The notes under the pieces were generated by a model that worked only from the letters and a program-made list of their open reading frames with translations, had not been told where the DNA came from and searched no databases. A stretch of DNA of 29,678 nt, taken from a virus. Lineage: Duplodnaviria > Caudoviricetes. The stretch covers positions 1 through 29,678 of the IMG/VR virus record IMGVR_UViG_3300002307_000172, one strand, 5' to 3'. Position 1 is the stretch's first letter, and every line of letters starts with the position of its first letter. Made by a program: the position numbers and the translations under genes. Shown in pieces: positions 17,408 to 26,094 of the stretch.

Positions 17408-20074
17408 TCAAAAGTCAAATAAACTGTTAAACGTATTCTTTTGTATAGTGCTGGATAAATCCCAATTCAATACTCCGATTAAGTTATCTAGTTTCTTATC
17501 GATAACAATTGATTCCATCTCATCATGATCGAACGGTAGATCTTTAAACCATTGAGGAAGTCTAAGTTCGTCAACTGGATATGCTACACTCGAATATTCT
17601 AACGGGTTAGCTTGTAATTTACATACAATAACCTTTGCGCCATCGAGAATAGTCATAGAATACTTGTCATTAAAAAGTCTCTTTAATGTATTCCAGTTGA
17701 TACTTGCTCTAACATGCCCTGGAAGAGTTGCTTTACCTTGCCGTTTTTCCTTTGCATCATATTCGGTAACATTATTGGCTCTTTTAGGGCTACCTTTTTC
17801 CCAACCTGGCCTCATTTTAAATTCAGTTCTAAACTCAGTTATGTAATCTAATACTTCTTGTTGAGTTGCGCCAGTTAGTACCATTTCTAATACCTTACTT
17901 AAAAAGTCTTGAATAAATTCTGGAGTATCTGAACGTTTAAGATCTAATCCCATTGCTTTAATTTCGCCAGGTTTACCATCCTTATCTTTGCGTTTACCTT
18001 CTTTATCATATACCAGTACTGCATATCGCTTTTTAGTGATGAATAATGATTTTGAACCTATAATTTCACGACCTGCTTTGATACTGTCACCACGTTTTTT
18101 CGGACAATGGAACTGGTCTAACATAAATTGTGCAAACGTTCCATTAACTTCGTCACCAATTTGGTCGTATAACTGTGTTACTGTTTCTTTTGTCCAAGGA
18201 ATAGTGCCATTATCAATTTCCTTTTTTAGTGTCTTATACGCTGAAAAATAACAAGAGTCAGTATCTCCATAGATAATTGCTTTACCGACGTGATCATAAT
18301 CTCCAGTAATGACTTCATTAACTTTAGCCGCCATATGTTTAGCAATTTGTCTACCTGTTAATGTAGTAGATTGACCGATCCTTTTATCAAAAAATCGACA
18401 ACCTGGATTAAGAATAGCGCCATACAGGCTATTTAGATTAATTTTTTTAACTAATTGTCTCTTATCCCAATACTCTTCTTCAATTTTGTTTCCAGCATTA
18501 ATAGCATCTTTTAATTTAGCCTGCATTTCTTTACGTTCAGCATACCACCGTTTTAATAGTCCGGGAATAATGCCTTCTTTCTCCCAAGTAAAGATAGTTC
18601 CGTTCGCACTTAACATCCATGGTTGATTACTTTCAAATAATAATCGATATACTTCTGCTGAACTTACTATATCGGTATCACCGTTCTCCCAATCAATTGT
18701 TATATCAGTACCTATCTGTTGGGCCATTACTGATTCATATTCTTCAGTTCCAAATTTACCTTCCCATGCAGCCGCAAAACTCTTTCCTTTAGCCATTTGC
18801 GATTCGATAAATGAATCGGTTCTATCAGATCGTAATTGACCGATAATAGTCTCTGGGCCCATATTTAATGCACGAATCACCGAAGGATACAGCGAGTTGA
18901 TATCAAGCGATCCTACCCAATCTTGAATACCTTCTTTTGGGTGGGCAACATATGCACCTGCGGCTGCTGAGCTTTCTCGATCATCTGTCTTAGGTCGATT
19001 CGGTACAACAAACCCTCTATGATGTGCTTCATTAATAATTGCTTGTTCTGTTACCGCCACGGCACCCATAGTAGTTCGGAGAAGTACTGTATTTTCGTGT
19101 GCAAGCGAATTAGCTAGATCGATAAACTTTAACTTCTTGTCGAGTTTATCCAACAGCATAGTATCTTGTCTGTTATACTCGATAAAAGTTCTAAAATCGT
19201 TGTTATATAGTTGATCAAGTGTTCCTTCATATGCTACCTTCTTTTCATTTAATTCATATTCTGCAATTGCGTCAAGCCTGTAACTATGTCTTTCTTCGTA
19301 TGTATATTTGCGATATAATTCTAGGCTATCTAAGTGTACACGACCGACAAAGTCATATGTAGTTGATTGTCTACCAAACTTTTCAAATTCACGTTTTTTT
19401 GGTAATTGATTAAACAAACAGAATCGTCTAGTATCTTCTTTCGATAATACTTTAATAACACGATTTACGGTGTACGGAATATCAAATCCTTCACTGTTCC
19501 ACCCACTTATAATATCTGCATCTTGAATTAAATCTAAAAATGTATCTAATAGCGTTGCTTCATTATTGAATAAAATAGTATTTGGTAGGTCTTTAACCTG
19601 TTCCTGCGCTTGTTCCATTGTTAGGGTTTTTGGAGGTATAGCAAGACAAACAAGGGTCTCTAACCATTGCAGATGGACAGCAATTGCAGTAATTGGCATA
19701 AATGCGTCGTCTGGACTTGCATATCCTCTTTCTGGATCAAAGTCTACCTCGATATCGAAAAATGCCACATTAAGTTTTGGAGCATCTCGATTTAGATAAT
19801 TTTCTGATAAGCAAACAAACAGCGGATTAATATCGGCTTCAAAAATTTGTTTATTGCTAGCAATAGACAGTTCCTTTCGAAAGTCTTTGGTAGTTTTACA
19901 AACAACTTTTGTTACTGTATCGCCGTAGATACTATTATATTTTCCTTTCGGGTCTTTATAATAGAAAGTGTGTTTTACAGGGATATCTCTAAATTCCCGG
20001 TCACCTTTAGAATTTCTTTCAACGATTTTGATAATATCATTATCTCTATCGTTCCATGCGTCGACATAGCTCAT
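17408..20074 (-). CDS. polB: family B DNA polymerase with 3'-5' exonuclease
   Basis: ExoI FDIEVD, ExoII GWNSEGFD, ExoIII YNRQD; polymerase motifs DINSLYPS, KINLNSLYG, YGDTDS and KKRY. Start revised to 20074 (MSYVDA) with SD AGGAG. Confidence 0.97.
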   Translation of the reverse strand: MSYVDAWNDRDNDIIKIVERNSKGDREFRDIPVKHTFYYKDPKGKYNSIYGDTVTKVVCKTTKDFRKELSIASNKQIFEADINPLFVCLSENYLNRDAPKLNVAFFDIEVDFDPERGYASPDDAFMPITAIAVHLQWLETLVCLAIPPKTLTMEQAQEQVKDLPNTILFNNEATLLDTFLDLIQDADIISGWNSEGFDIPYTVNRVIKVLSKEDTRRFCLFNQLPKKREFEKFGRQSTTYDFVGRVHLDSLELYRKYTYEERHSYRLDAIAEYELNEKKVAYEGTLDQLYNNDFRTFIEYNRQDTMLLDKLDKKLKFIDLANSLAHENTVLLRTTMGAVAVTEQAIINEAHHRGFVVPNRPKTDDRESSAAAGAYVAHPKEGIQDWVGSLDINSLYPSVIRALNMGPETIIGQLRSDRTDSFIESQMAKGKSFAAAWEGKFGTEEYESVMAQQIGTDITIDWENGDTDIVSSAEVYRLLFESNQPWMLSANGTIFTWEKEGIIPGLLKRWYAERKEMQAKLKDAINAGNKIEEEYWDKRQLVKKINLNSLYGAILNPGCRFFDKRIGQSTTLTGRQIAKHMAAKVNEVITGDYDHVGKAIIYGDTDSCYFSAYKTLKKEIDNGTIPWTKETVTQLYDQIGDEVNGTFAQFMLDQFHCPKKRGDSIKAGREIIGSKSLFITKKRYAVLVYDKEGKRKDKDGKPGEIKAMGLDLKRSDTPEFIQDFLSKVLEMVLTGATQQEVLDYITEFRTEFKMRPGWEKGSPKRANNVTEYDAKEKRQGKATLPGHVRASINWNTLKRLFNDKYSMTILDGAKVIVCKLQANPLEYSSVAYPVDELRLPQWFKDLPFDHDEMESIVIDKKLDNLIGVLNWDLSSTIQKNTFNSLFDF

Positions 20075-20083
20075 AGTTCTCCT

Positions 20084-20132
20084 GTGTGAATTTTGGCTCA
20101 CACGTACCCGCAATACGATTTATGGCTCGTAT
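20084..20132 (-). promoter_or_regulatory. tandem RNA hairpins in the polB leader (candidate translational operator)
   Basis: mRNA reads AUACGA-GCCAUAAA-UCGUAU and GUGUGA-GCCAAAAU-UCACAC, followed directly by AGGAG. Confidence 0.65.
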
Positions 20133-20149
20133 AACCGTTCCTTATAAAA

Positions 20150-20404
20150 TTAGATACGCTTTGTAACGTCTAGAATTGCTTCGATTTCTTCCCAATCGGA
20201 ATTATGATCTTGCCAATTGCCTTTATGTGCAATTTTGATAGCCTTGTTAATAACACTCGGCTTGATGGTTAGTTCCTCTGCTACTGCTTTCACAGTATCT
20301 TTGAGACCTTCGTTGAGATCTTCAATTTCTCTTAAAACAGTCGAACCTTCATTGATTAATTTTTCAAGTTTTGCCTTTTCCTCAGGCCCGTAAGCTCTGC
20401 TCAT
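20150..20404 (-). CDS. small dsDNA-binding protein, T4 DsbA / GapR-like
   Basis: 84-aa helical protein with IEDLNEGLKDTVKAVAEELTIKPSVINKAIK; SD GGAG. Confidence 0.6.
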   Translation of the reverse strand: MSRAYGPEEKAKLEKLINEGSTVLREIEDLNEGLKDTVKAVAEELTIKPSVINKAIKIAHKGNWQDHNSDWEEIEAILDVTKRI

Positions 20405-20428
20405 AGTTTTTCTCCCTGTAATATGCCT

Positions 20429-20457
20429 AGTTTAGATTAATTCTTATTTACTGTCAA
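20429..20457 (-). promoter_or_regulatory. sigma70-type promoter TTGACA-N17-TAAACT with TAAATA in the spacer
   Basis: Read directly at the boundary between the late block and the replication block. Confidence 0.75.
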
Positions 20458-20468
20458 TATAAATGGTA

Positions 20469-21830
20469 TTATTTGTTTTTTGCTAATTTAATAATTCTGC
20501 CTAATTCAATATTCTCAAATACAGGTGAAGATTTAGTTAAGTCTGTCATTTTTTTATGTAGATCTTGTTGAGATAAAGTGTCTTTTTGAAATTGCGAGGT
20601 TGATTGAGCAGCCTTTTGTTGTGCTACTTGTCTTGCATATACATCAGTATATATTTTTGCTCTTTCAGGGTCACCGGCTTTTGTCAATTCTGCTGCCTTG
20701 TTTAATAGCTCTTGATTTGGTGTGAACACAGTTGGTAAACCGTTAGGAGTTGATGCACCTTGTGGACTAGTAGTTATGTTTGAACTTCCGACATTTGTTG
20801 TTGTATTAACTGACGGAGTTGCGCTCTGCGCAGGAGTGGTTGATCCACCTTGTGCATGAGGTACTAAATCTGGAAAATCTTGTTGAAATTCAGCAGCGCC
20901 TGCTTCTGCGTCGGATTTATTATCTTCAATTAGTTGTAATCTTGCTGATAAACTACGAATTGAATCTGATGACTCTTGAATTCCTTTGACTTCGTTTCTG
21001 TGTCGATGGTATGCAATAAAGAAATCCTCGCCGACCTCACCAGTAGTAGGAATTTTTTCTCCTAGACTAACTAATTTTTCGCGAATTCTTTGTAATTTTT
21101 GAGCAGCAACATCTAGTTGTGTTGATCCGGCGGAAGTTGGGTTAATGTTGTCATCTTGACCATTTTTGGGGGTAGTAGTTGTATCAGTAGGAGTTTCGGA
21201 ATGACGATGTAATATTGACGAGCTTACATCTTTGATCATCTCATCAGAGAACTCTCCGAATTTTTTAGTTCCTTCAGCAGCTAAACTAGCACTTGATGCG
21301 ATTAGTTTACTATTTGGGTGTATTACATTTGATAATAAGTAAGTAGCAATAGTGTTACTTAACCATGAACCGTTTGAGTTGAGCCAAGTACTAATCGCCC
21401 CTCTTCCAACTGGTGTCATGGCAATTAAACTTAATCCGGAAAATATAGGACCAAAGAACGGAATAAAGGCTGCAACTCTAGTTACCGCGGTTAAAATAGG
21501 TATTAATGCTATGCTAGTTAATATTGTTGATGCTATTTTTCCTGCAAACGCGGCAACTATATCATCGATTTCTTTAATTGCTTGCTCTTCTGATATTTGA
21601 TTCTTATCAAGACGAGATTGAATTTCATTTATAGAATTTTGAGCAGGCACCCAAAAATTATATATGCCAAGTACCTTTGCAAATCGAAGCAATAGTTTTG
21701 AATTTCCTCCTTTTATAGCTTTAGAAAAATCAGCTGGTTTAGGAGCCGCATTGGAATTAGGACCAGCTTCGTCCAATTCATACCCAAAACTTTCGACTAA
21801 TTCTTGTTTGATTAATTTTTTAAGTGGCAT
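20469..21830 (-). CDS. putative virion-internal/ejected protein with a hydrophobic segment (453 aa)
   Basis: N-terminal ELVE...ELDE; ~45-aa hydrophobic stretch; Thr/Ser/Pro linkers; C-terminal ELGRIIKLA. Confidence 0.6.
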   Translation of the reverse strand: MPLKKLIKQELVESFGYELDEAGPNSNAAPKPADFSKAIKGGNSKLLLRFAKVLGIYNFWVPAQNSINEIQSRLDKNQISEEQAIKEIDDIVAAFAGKIASTILTSIALIPILTAVTRVAAFIPFFGPIFSGLSLIAMTPVGRGAISTWLNSNGSWLSNTIATYLLSNVIHPNSKLIASSASLAAEGTKKFGEFSDEMIKDVSSSILHRHSETPTDTTTTPKNGQDDNINPTSAGSTQLDVAAQKLQRIREKLVSLGEKIPTTGEVGEDFFIAYHRHRNEVKGIQESSDSIRSLSARLQLIEDNKSDAEAGAAEFQQDFPDLVPHAQGGSTTPAQSATPSVNTTTNVGSSNITTSPQGASTPNGLPTVFTPNQELLNKAAELTKAGDPERAKIYTDVYARQVAQQKAAQSTSQFQKDTLSQQDLHKKMTDLTKSSPVFENIELGRIIKLAKNK

Positions 21831-22492
21831 TATCTAAATCTCTTTTTATTTGTAATGCAATTAGGAACACTGTGATCATTTTTTGTATTAGTTCCGAGTT
21901 GTCTATAACCCTTCCAACAAGGGTCTTTCCCTTCATCTGTCGAACTTGGTAACATTTTTTGATCACCTACTATCTGATCATAATGGTCCATTGATAATGT
22001 GTTGCCTTCTCGGCTTAAATTAATAAGCATTTCTGCGACATTGTGTAAATCCATGTCAGTTTTAGCATCTTCACGTGCATATTCTAAAAGACGGATTAAT
22101 AACGGTACATCTAATTTAATAGTATCTTCTGGATTAACTAACTCATCTTCTATTGTCGGTTGAATACTGCGACGGTTGCTGTTACTTTCTCCTAAAACTT
22201 TTTGTGCAATTTTACGAGAATACATTTTAATTCGTTGCTCTTCTAATTCGCGAACCGATTCTGCTTCTTGTTCAGCTTCTGCAAAATACTTTTTAAGTAT
22301 TGAATCTTTCTTTGGTTTCGGTTCTGCGGAAGGTGCTTGATAATGTTGAATAGCCATTTGAACAGGAAGGCTAACCTTGTGTGGATTAGCTCCTTCATTT
22401 AAAATTTCTAATGATCGTCTGATGTCATTAGAATTTTCTACAGGAGTTGATGCGTTATTATCCAACACCTGTAGAATTTTCTTCATATCCAT
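21830..22492 (-). CDS. modular putative head protein (220 aa)
   Basis: MDMKKIL leader, LNE/LGE junctions, DVPLLIRLLEYARED module and C-terminal CWKGY...VPNC. Confidence 0.7.
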   Translation of the reverse strand: MDMKKILQVLDNNASTPVENSNDIRRSLEILNEGANPHKVSLPVQMAIQHYQAPSAEPKPKKDSILKKYFAEAEQEAESVRELEEQRIKMYSRKIAQKVLGESNSNRRSIQPTIEDELVNPEDTIKLDVPLLIRLLEYAREDAKTDMDLHNVAEMLINLSREGNTLSMDHYDQIVGDQKMLPSSTDEGKDPCWKGYRQLGTNTKNDHSVPNCITNKKRFR

Positions 22493-22496
22493 AGTA

Positions 22497-24074
22497 TTAT
22501 CCGTTAAGCCTTTTTAATAACTCTTTCATACGATTGAAATCAACAGATTCGTTAATTTTTGTTTTATCTAAGTTATCTTCCTTCTTGTGCATTTTGTCAA
22601 TTGCGTTACGATAATTTGTAAGATCTTGACCACTTGCTGGTTTCTTGTCCTTAAACATCTGATCGCCTTTCTTTTCGGCATAGCTCTTCAATGTACCATG
22701 GCTTAGTTCATCGAGTTTCTTTTCCTTAGCCGCCTTCTTCATTGGCTCTTTCTTGTTGCCGTCTTTGTCTAGGTCAAGGAAGTCTGGCTTAGATGCTTCG
22801 CTAACTTCTTTGCTTTTTCTATTACGATTGACTACTTTTTGCAAATCTTCGTCTGATGCTTTTTTGTGTTCGTCTCTGCTGATTTGCTTATTCTGTTTAA
22901 CGCCTTCTTTACCGAGTGCCTTTTTTATATCAGGATCGTTACTAATTGCACGGGTAACAACTCTACGAGCAGTTGAACGAACACCACCTTCGTCCATATC
23001 GTCTTCTTGAATCTTTGGCATCTTGATCGGAGTTGGATCTTTTGAATAACGATCTTTGACCAGTTTCTTCAAACGATTTAAATCCTTACCACTGTGAACC
23101 ACTCTTTGACCATCTGGTTTAGTGATAATAACTACATGACCACCATCACCTGTTTTCTTGTATTCTACCTTGTGGTCGTCCTTTAGATTGTCGTTTTCAT
23201 TGATGTGAGCTAAACGAGCAGTTGAACGAACACCGCCTTCGTCTAATTCTTCTTCCTTGTCTTTAGCAGTCTTTTTAATAGGAACTTCTTTGTGCTTTAC
23301 CGCAGGAAGTTTAACACCACGTTTCTTTAACTCAGAATCCGCTTTCTTAACATCGTTATCTTCGTCATCGTCATCCCATGATTCGTAAACACCTTGTCCG
23401 TAAACTTCGTCAAGTTCTTCCTCGTCTCTATCTTGCTTAGTCTTCTTGATATGAACTTCTTTATCTTTTACTTTCGGTAACTTGATCTTACGCTTGTTAA
23501 GTTCATCATCTGCGCGACGAACATCGTCGTCATCGTCATCATCATCTTGTGATTCGTCTAAGCCAGCAGCTTTACGACGACTTCCAATAACTTCATCTTT
23601 TTCAGATTCGATTTTGCCGTCTTTATCCCAATCCTTCTTTGCTTTTGGGCTTTTTGCTTCTTCTAACTTTTGAAGTTGTACAATCTTAAGTTCTGCAATT
23701 TTAGCTCTTGCTTCACTTAATTTCTTCTTAAGTTCTGCTTTTTCGCTCTCGTTAAACATTTCAGAATTTTCTAACTTCTTTCCATAATCGCTAAATTCCA
23801 TTTCGTACTCGAGGTAGTGATAAACCGAAGCAATATAGTCGGCAGCTTTAGTGATCTTTGCTTGAACCCATGCTTCTAATTGTGCATCGTCTTCGAGTTT
23901 CTTAAATAATTTTACTGAATAGTTAGCGATCTTGTAAAGGTCCGCCTTAGCCATTGCCCCTTCGTGGTCTATTTCACCATGTGGGATAAAGTCTTGTGTT
24001 GGTTCTACATGCGGATCAGTCGGTGGTGTTTCTAAACCATGCATATCGAATTCGTTAATTTGTTTTTTGCTCAT
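22497..24074 (-). CDS. highly charged modular putative internal head protein (525 aa)
   Basis: Many LDE/INE/MDE/LEE/IQE junctions, duplicated modules and two DxDKDG motifs; SD GGAG; late motif upstream. Confidence 0.75.
   Translation of the reverse strand: MSKKQINEFDMHGLETPPTDPHVEPTQDFIPHGEIDHEGAMAKADLYKIANYSVKLFKKLEDDAQLEAWVQAKITKAADYIASVYHYLEYEMEFSDYGKKLENSEMFNESEKAELKKKLSEARAKIAELKIVQLQKLEEAKSPKAKKDWDKDGKIESEKDEVIGSRRKAAGLDESQDDDDDDDDVRRADDELNKRKIKLPKVKDKEVHIKKTKQDRDEEELDEVYGQGVYESWDDDDEDNDVKKADSELKKRGVKLPAVKHKEVPIKKTAKDKEEELDEGGVRSTARLAHINENDNLKDDHKVEYKKTGDGGHVVIITKPDGQRVVHSGKDLNRLKKLVKDRYSKDPTPIKMPKIQEDDMDEGGVRSTARRVVTRAISNDPDIKKALGKEGVKQNKQISRDEHKKASDEDLQKVVNRNRKSKEVSEASKPDFLDLDKDGNKKEPMKKAAKEKKLDELSHGTLKSYAEKKGDQMFKDKKPASGQDLTNYRNAIDKMHKKEDNLDKTKINESVDFNRMKELLKRLNG
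22965..23243. repeat. 30-bp direct repeat with one mismatch at 22965-22994 and 23214-23243, encoding DEGGVRSTAR
   Basis: ACGAGCAGTTGAACGAACACC(A/G)CCTTCGTC; 249-bp period, in frame. Confidence 0.9.
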
Positions 24075-24097
24075 GAGTGAACTCCGGTCTTATTGTA

Positions 24098-24105
24098 TAT
24101 TTATC
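24098..24105 (-). promoter_or_regulatory. putative late promoter GATAAATA overlapping the upstream stop codon
   Basis: Same motif as at 6466 and 25433; about 24 nt before the ATG at 24074. Confidence 0.55.
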
Positions 24106-24358
24106 GTTTTACTGGCGCACCAAATATATTACTTTTCATATCTAGTGCATTAGTTGCTGTGCCCGCTGATGTTTTTGGTTGTACAACTTTCGGTTGTGGC
24201 GGCGCCTTAGTTCCTGACCCGGTTGCAACACTGCCAGTATATGACTTTTTACCTCGAGCTTTTCCTGGACTTAATTGTGGAGCCTTAACGGTGCCGATAT
24301 TTGCTGCACTAGTTGCTCCGGCTGTTGCAGTTTCGCCTAGTAATTCACTAATTTTCAT
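24101..24358 (-). CDS. small Ala/Thr/Gly/Lys-rich putative head protein (85 aa)
   Basis: MKISELLGE leader; SD GGAG. Confidence 0.75.
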   Translation of the reverse strand: MKISELLGETATAGATSAANIGTVKAPQLSPGKARGKKSYTGSVATGSGTKAPPQPKVVQPKTSAGTATNALDMKSNIFGAPVKR

Positions 24359-24618
24359 TTCTTATCTCCATACCATAACCTGAACCAGGCCGGCGTTCCC
24401 GGTTTAATATTATTTTTTCTTTGATAACGGCCTTTATCAAATTCTACCTTATTTTGTTCTTTTTCGGTACGTAGCGTATCTAATCTTGCTTGGGCGCCTA
24501 GTCCGTCAAATTGACTAGCAATAATCATTTCTTGTACAGGATCATCGGATGCAAGATAACAGTCTTGCTCACTTTTTTGAGGAATGTTTGCTGATGTGAT
24601 TTTATATTGTTTCATCAC
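24355..24618 (-). CDS. hypothetical protein (87 aa)
   Basis: Overlaps both neighbours; C-terminal IKPGTPAWFRLW. Confidence 0.75.
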   Translation of the reverse strand: MMKQYKITSANIPQKSEQDCYLASDDPVQEMIIASQFDGLGAQARLDTLRTEKEQNKVEFDKGRYQRKNNIKPGTPAWFRLWYGDKK

Positions 24619-25016
24619 ACGCCATATTTGTTTTTCTTAATTTTTGCTACTGAACTAGTTTTGTTAACATTACTAAGTTCTTCACTACGATTAGTAGTTA
24701 ACCGTTTAACTGGCCCTGCTCCTACCATTTTAGCAGCAGAATTAATTATTTCTAATTCTGCATCTGTGTACGTCGACAATAACGGATCACCGGAGAATGC
24801 ACCCGCTGCTTTTGTTGGATAATCCGGAGCTCCGGCCATAGCTATACCGAATCGATATTGCATATACGATGATCCATTTGATTTGTTCATGCTTAAATTA
24901 GGCATACTAATAGCACCTTTCATGCTAGCAAATTGCTCACCTGCAAGGGCTTCTCCGGTTGCTGGCGGCACATCTTCTAATAAAACCGGGGTATTGATAA
25001 TCTCATAAATTTTCAT
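24615..25016 (-). CDS. putative head protein (133 aa)
   Basis: MKIYEII...LLE leader; SD AAGGA. Confidence 0.75.
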   Translation of the reverse strand: MKIYEIINTPVLLEDVPPATGEALAGEQFASMKGAISMPNLSMNKSNGSSYMQYRFGIAMAGAPDYPTKAAGAFSGDPLLSTYTDAELEIINSAAKMVGAGPVKRLTTNRSEELSNVNKTSSVAKIKKNKYGV

Positions 25017-25025
25017 TTTAAATCC

Positions 25026-25385
25026 TTACTTGTACTTGTTATCGTTGAGATGCTTTTGAAATTCTTCATGTAGTTTTTCACAAACACTCTTGGTCAAGTT
25101 GTCGTCTAACTCTTCAGGAAGTTCTCGAATCGGAAATTGGGTTATGTAATTTTTATAACAGTCTGTGATTGCGGTTTTGAAAATTGTCGGACTAAAAGAT
25201 TCATTCTTTTTAGTTTTTTTCAAACACCTTGCAATGATGGGATACAAATGCCGGCGATAACTTTCGTCGTCGTGATTCATAAAATAAACAAGATCTTCAG
25301 CTAAATCAAATTTTAATTCAGCTTTACCATCTTTATATTCAATAAAACCATCTAATTTATTTTCAAATAATTCTTTTATTCGCAT
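25026..25385 (-). CDS. putative head protein (~119 aa)
   Basis: Start revised to 25385 (MRIKELFE); SD AAGG; the longer ORF runs through the terminator. Confidence 0.75.
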   Translation of the reverse strand: MRIKELFENKLDGFIEYKDGKAELKFDLAEDLVYFMNHDDESYRRHLYPIIARCLKKTKKNESFSPTIFKTAITDCYKNYITQFPIRELPEELDDNLTKSVCEKLHEEFQKHLNDNKYK

Positions 25386-25418
25386 AATATAAACCTTGAT
25401 AATACAGTCGCAAGAAAA

Positions 25419-25447
25419 TATTGCGGATACTTTATTTATCCGCAATA
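25419..25447 (-). terminator. intrinsic terminator-like hairpin with embedded GATAAATA
   Basis: 11-bp perfect stem TATTGCGGATA/TATCCGCAATA, 7-nt loop, followed by TTTTCTT on the minus strand. Confidence 0.7.
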
Positions 25448-25458
25448 AACAGTTTAGA

Positions 25459-26094
25459 TTATGGATTGATAATTCGTTCGAGCCTCTTAATGCCGGTTCC
25501 GAGATGCATTTTAGCCATTGTTAAGTTTTTATCCCCGGTGATATAAAAATAAACCGTTAGACTACCTAAGCAGATGTAATTTCTATGCCTCAGTGCAGAC
25601 ATGGTAGATTTTGGAACTCGCAAATTTTTGTTATCGGTAGCCCAGTTTATAAACCCTTCATAATCAGTGTTGCGATCAACATAAATGTAAACTTTATAAT
25701 CATATAGCAATGATGAAACAATTGTCCCTTCTGTAAGAGCTGTCTTCGGTGAATAAATTTCTTTTACATAATTTCCTGCTATTTTTTTAAACCATTCGAT
25801 ATACTTAGGCTCTTTTAGATATATAGAAAGGTAACATCGTTCTACTCGAATAGAAAAGTCGTCAACATCTCGCAACATATCAACAATGTTTAATAGTAGA
25901 TCATAGTCTATTGTTGGCCGATGGTATTGAGCAAAATTATTCGGATCGAGTGTATTTTTACGGTAGTATAATATACGATCGTATGATCTATTTAAATTTG
26001 TGCCTCGAAGAAGCCTTGCACCAGGCAATACCAGCACAATTTTATGCTGGTATTTGTTCAAATACAGTTTCTTTGTTTCCTTATGCAGGATCAT
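25459..26094 (-). CDS. hypothetical protein (211 aa)
   Basis: Overlaps the clpA end by 14 bp; basic and Tyr-rich. Confidence 0.75.
   Translation of the reverse strand: MILHKETKKLYLNKYQHKIVLVLPGARLLRGTNLNRSYDRILYYRKNTLDPNNFAQYHRPTIDYDLLLNIVDMLRDVDDFSIRVERCYLSIYLKEPKYIEWFKKIAGNYVKEIYSPKTALTEGTIVSSLLYDYKVYIYVDRNTDYEGFINWATDNKNLRVPKSTMSALRHRNYICLGSLTVYFYITGDKNLTMAKMHLGTGIKRLERIINP

Noticed and set aside
22965-23243. Direct repeats as a CRISPR array or IS target duplication
   Set aside because: Only two copies, in frame within a CDS, with no cas or transposase genes.
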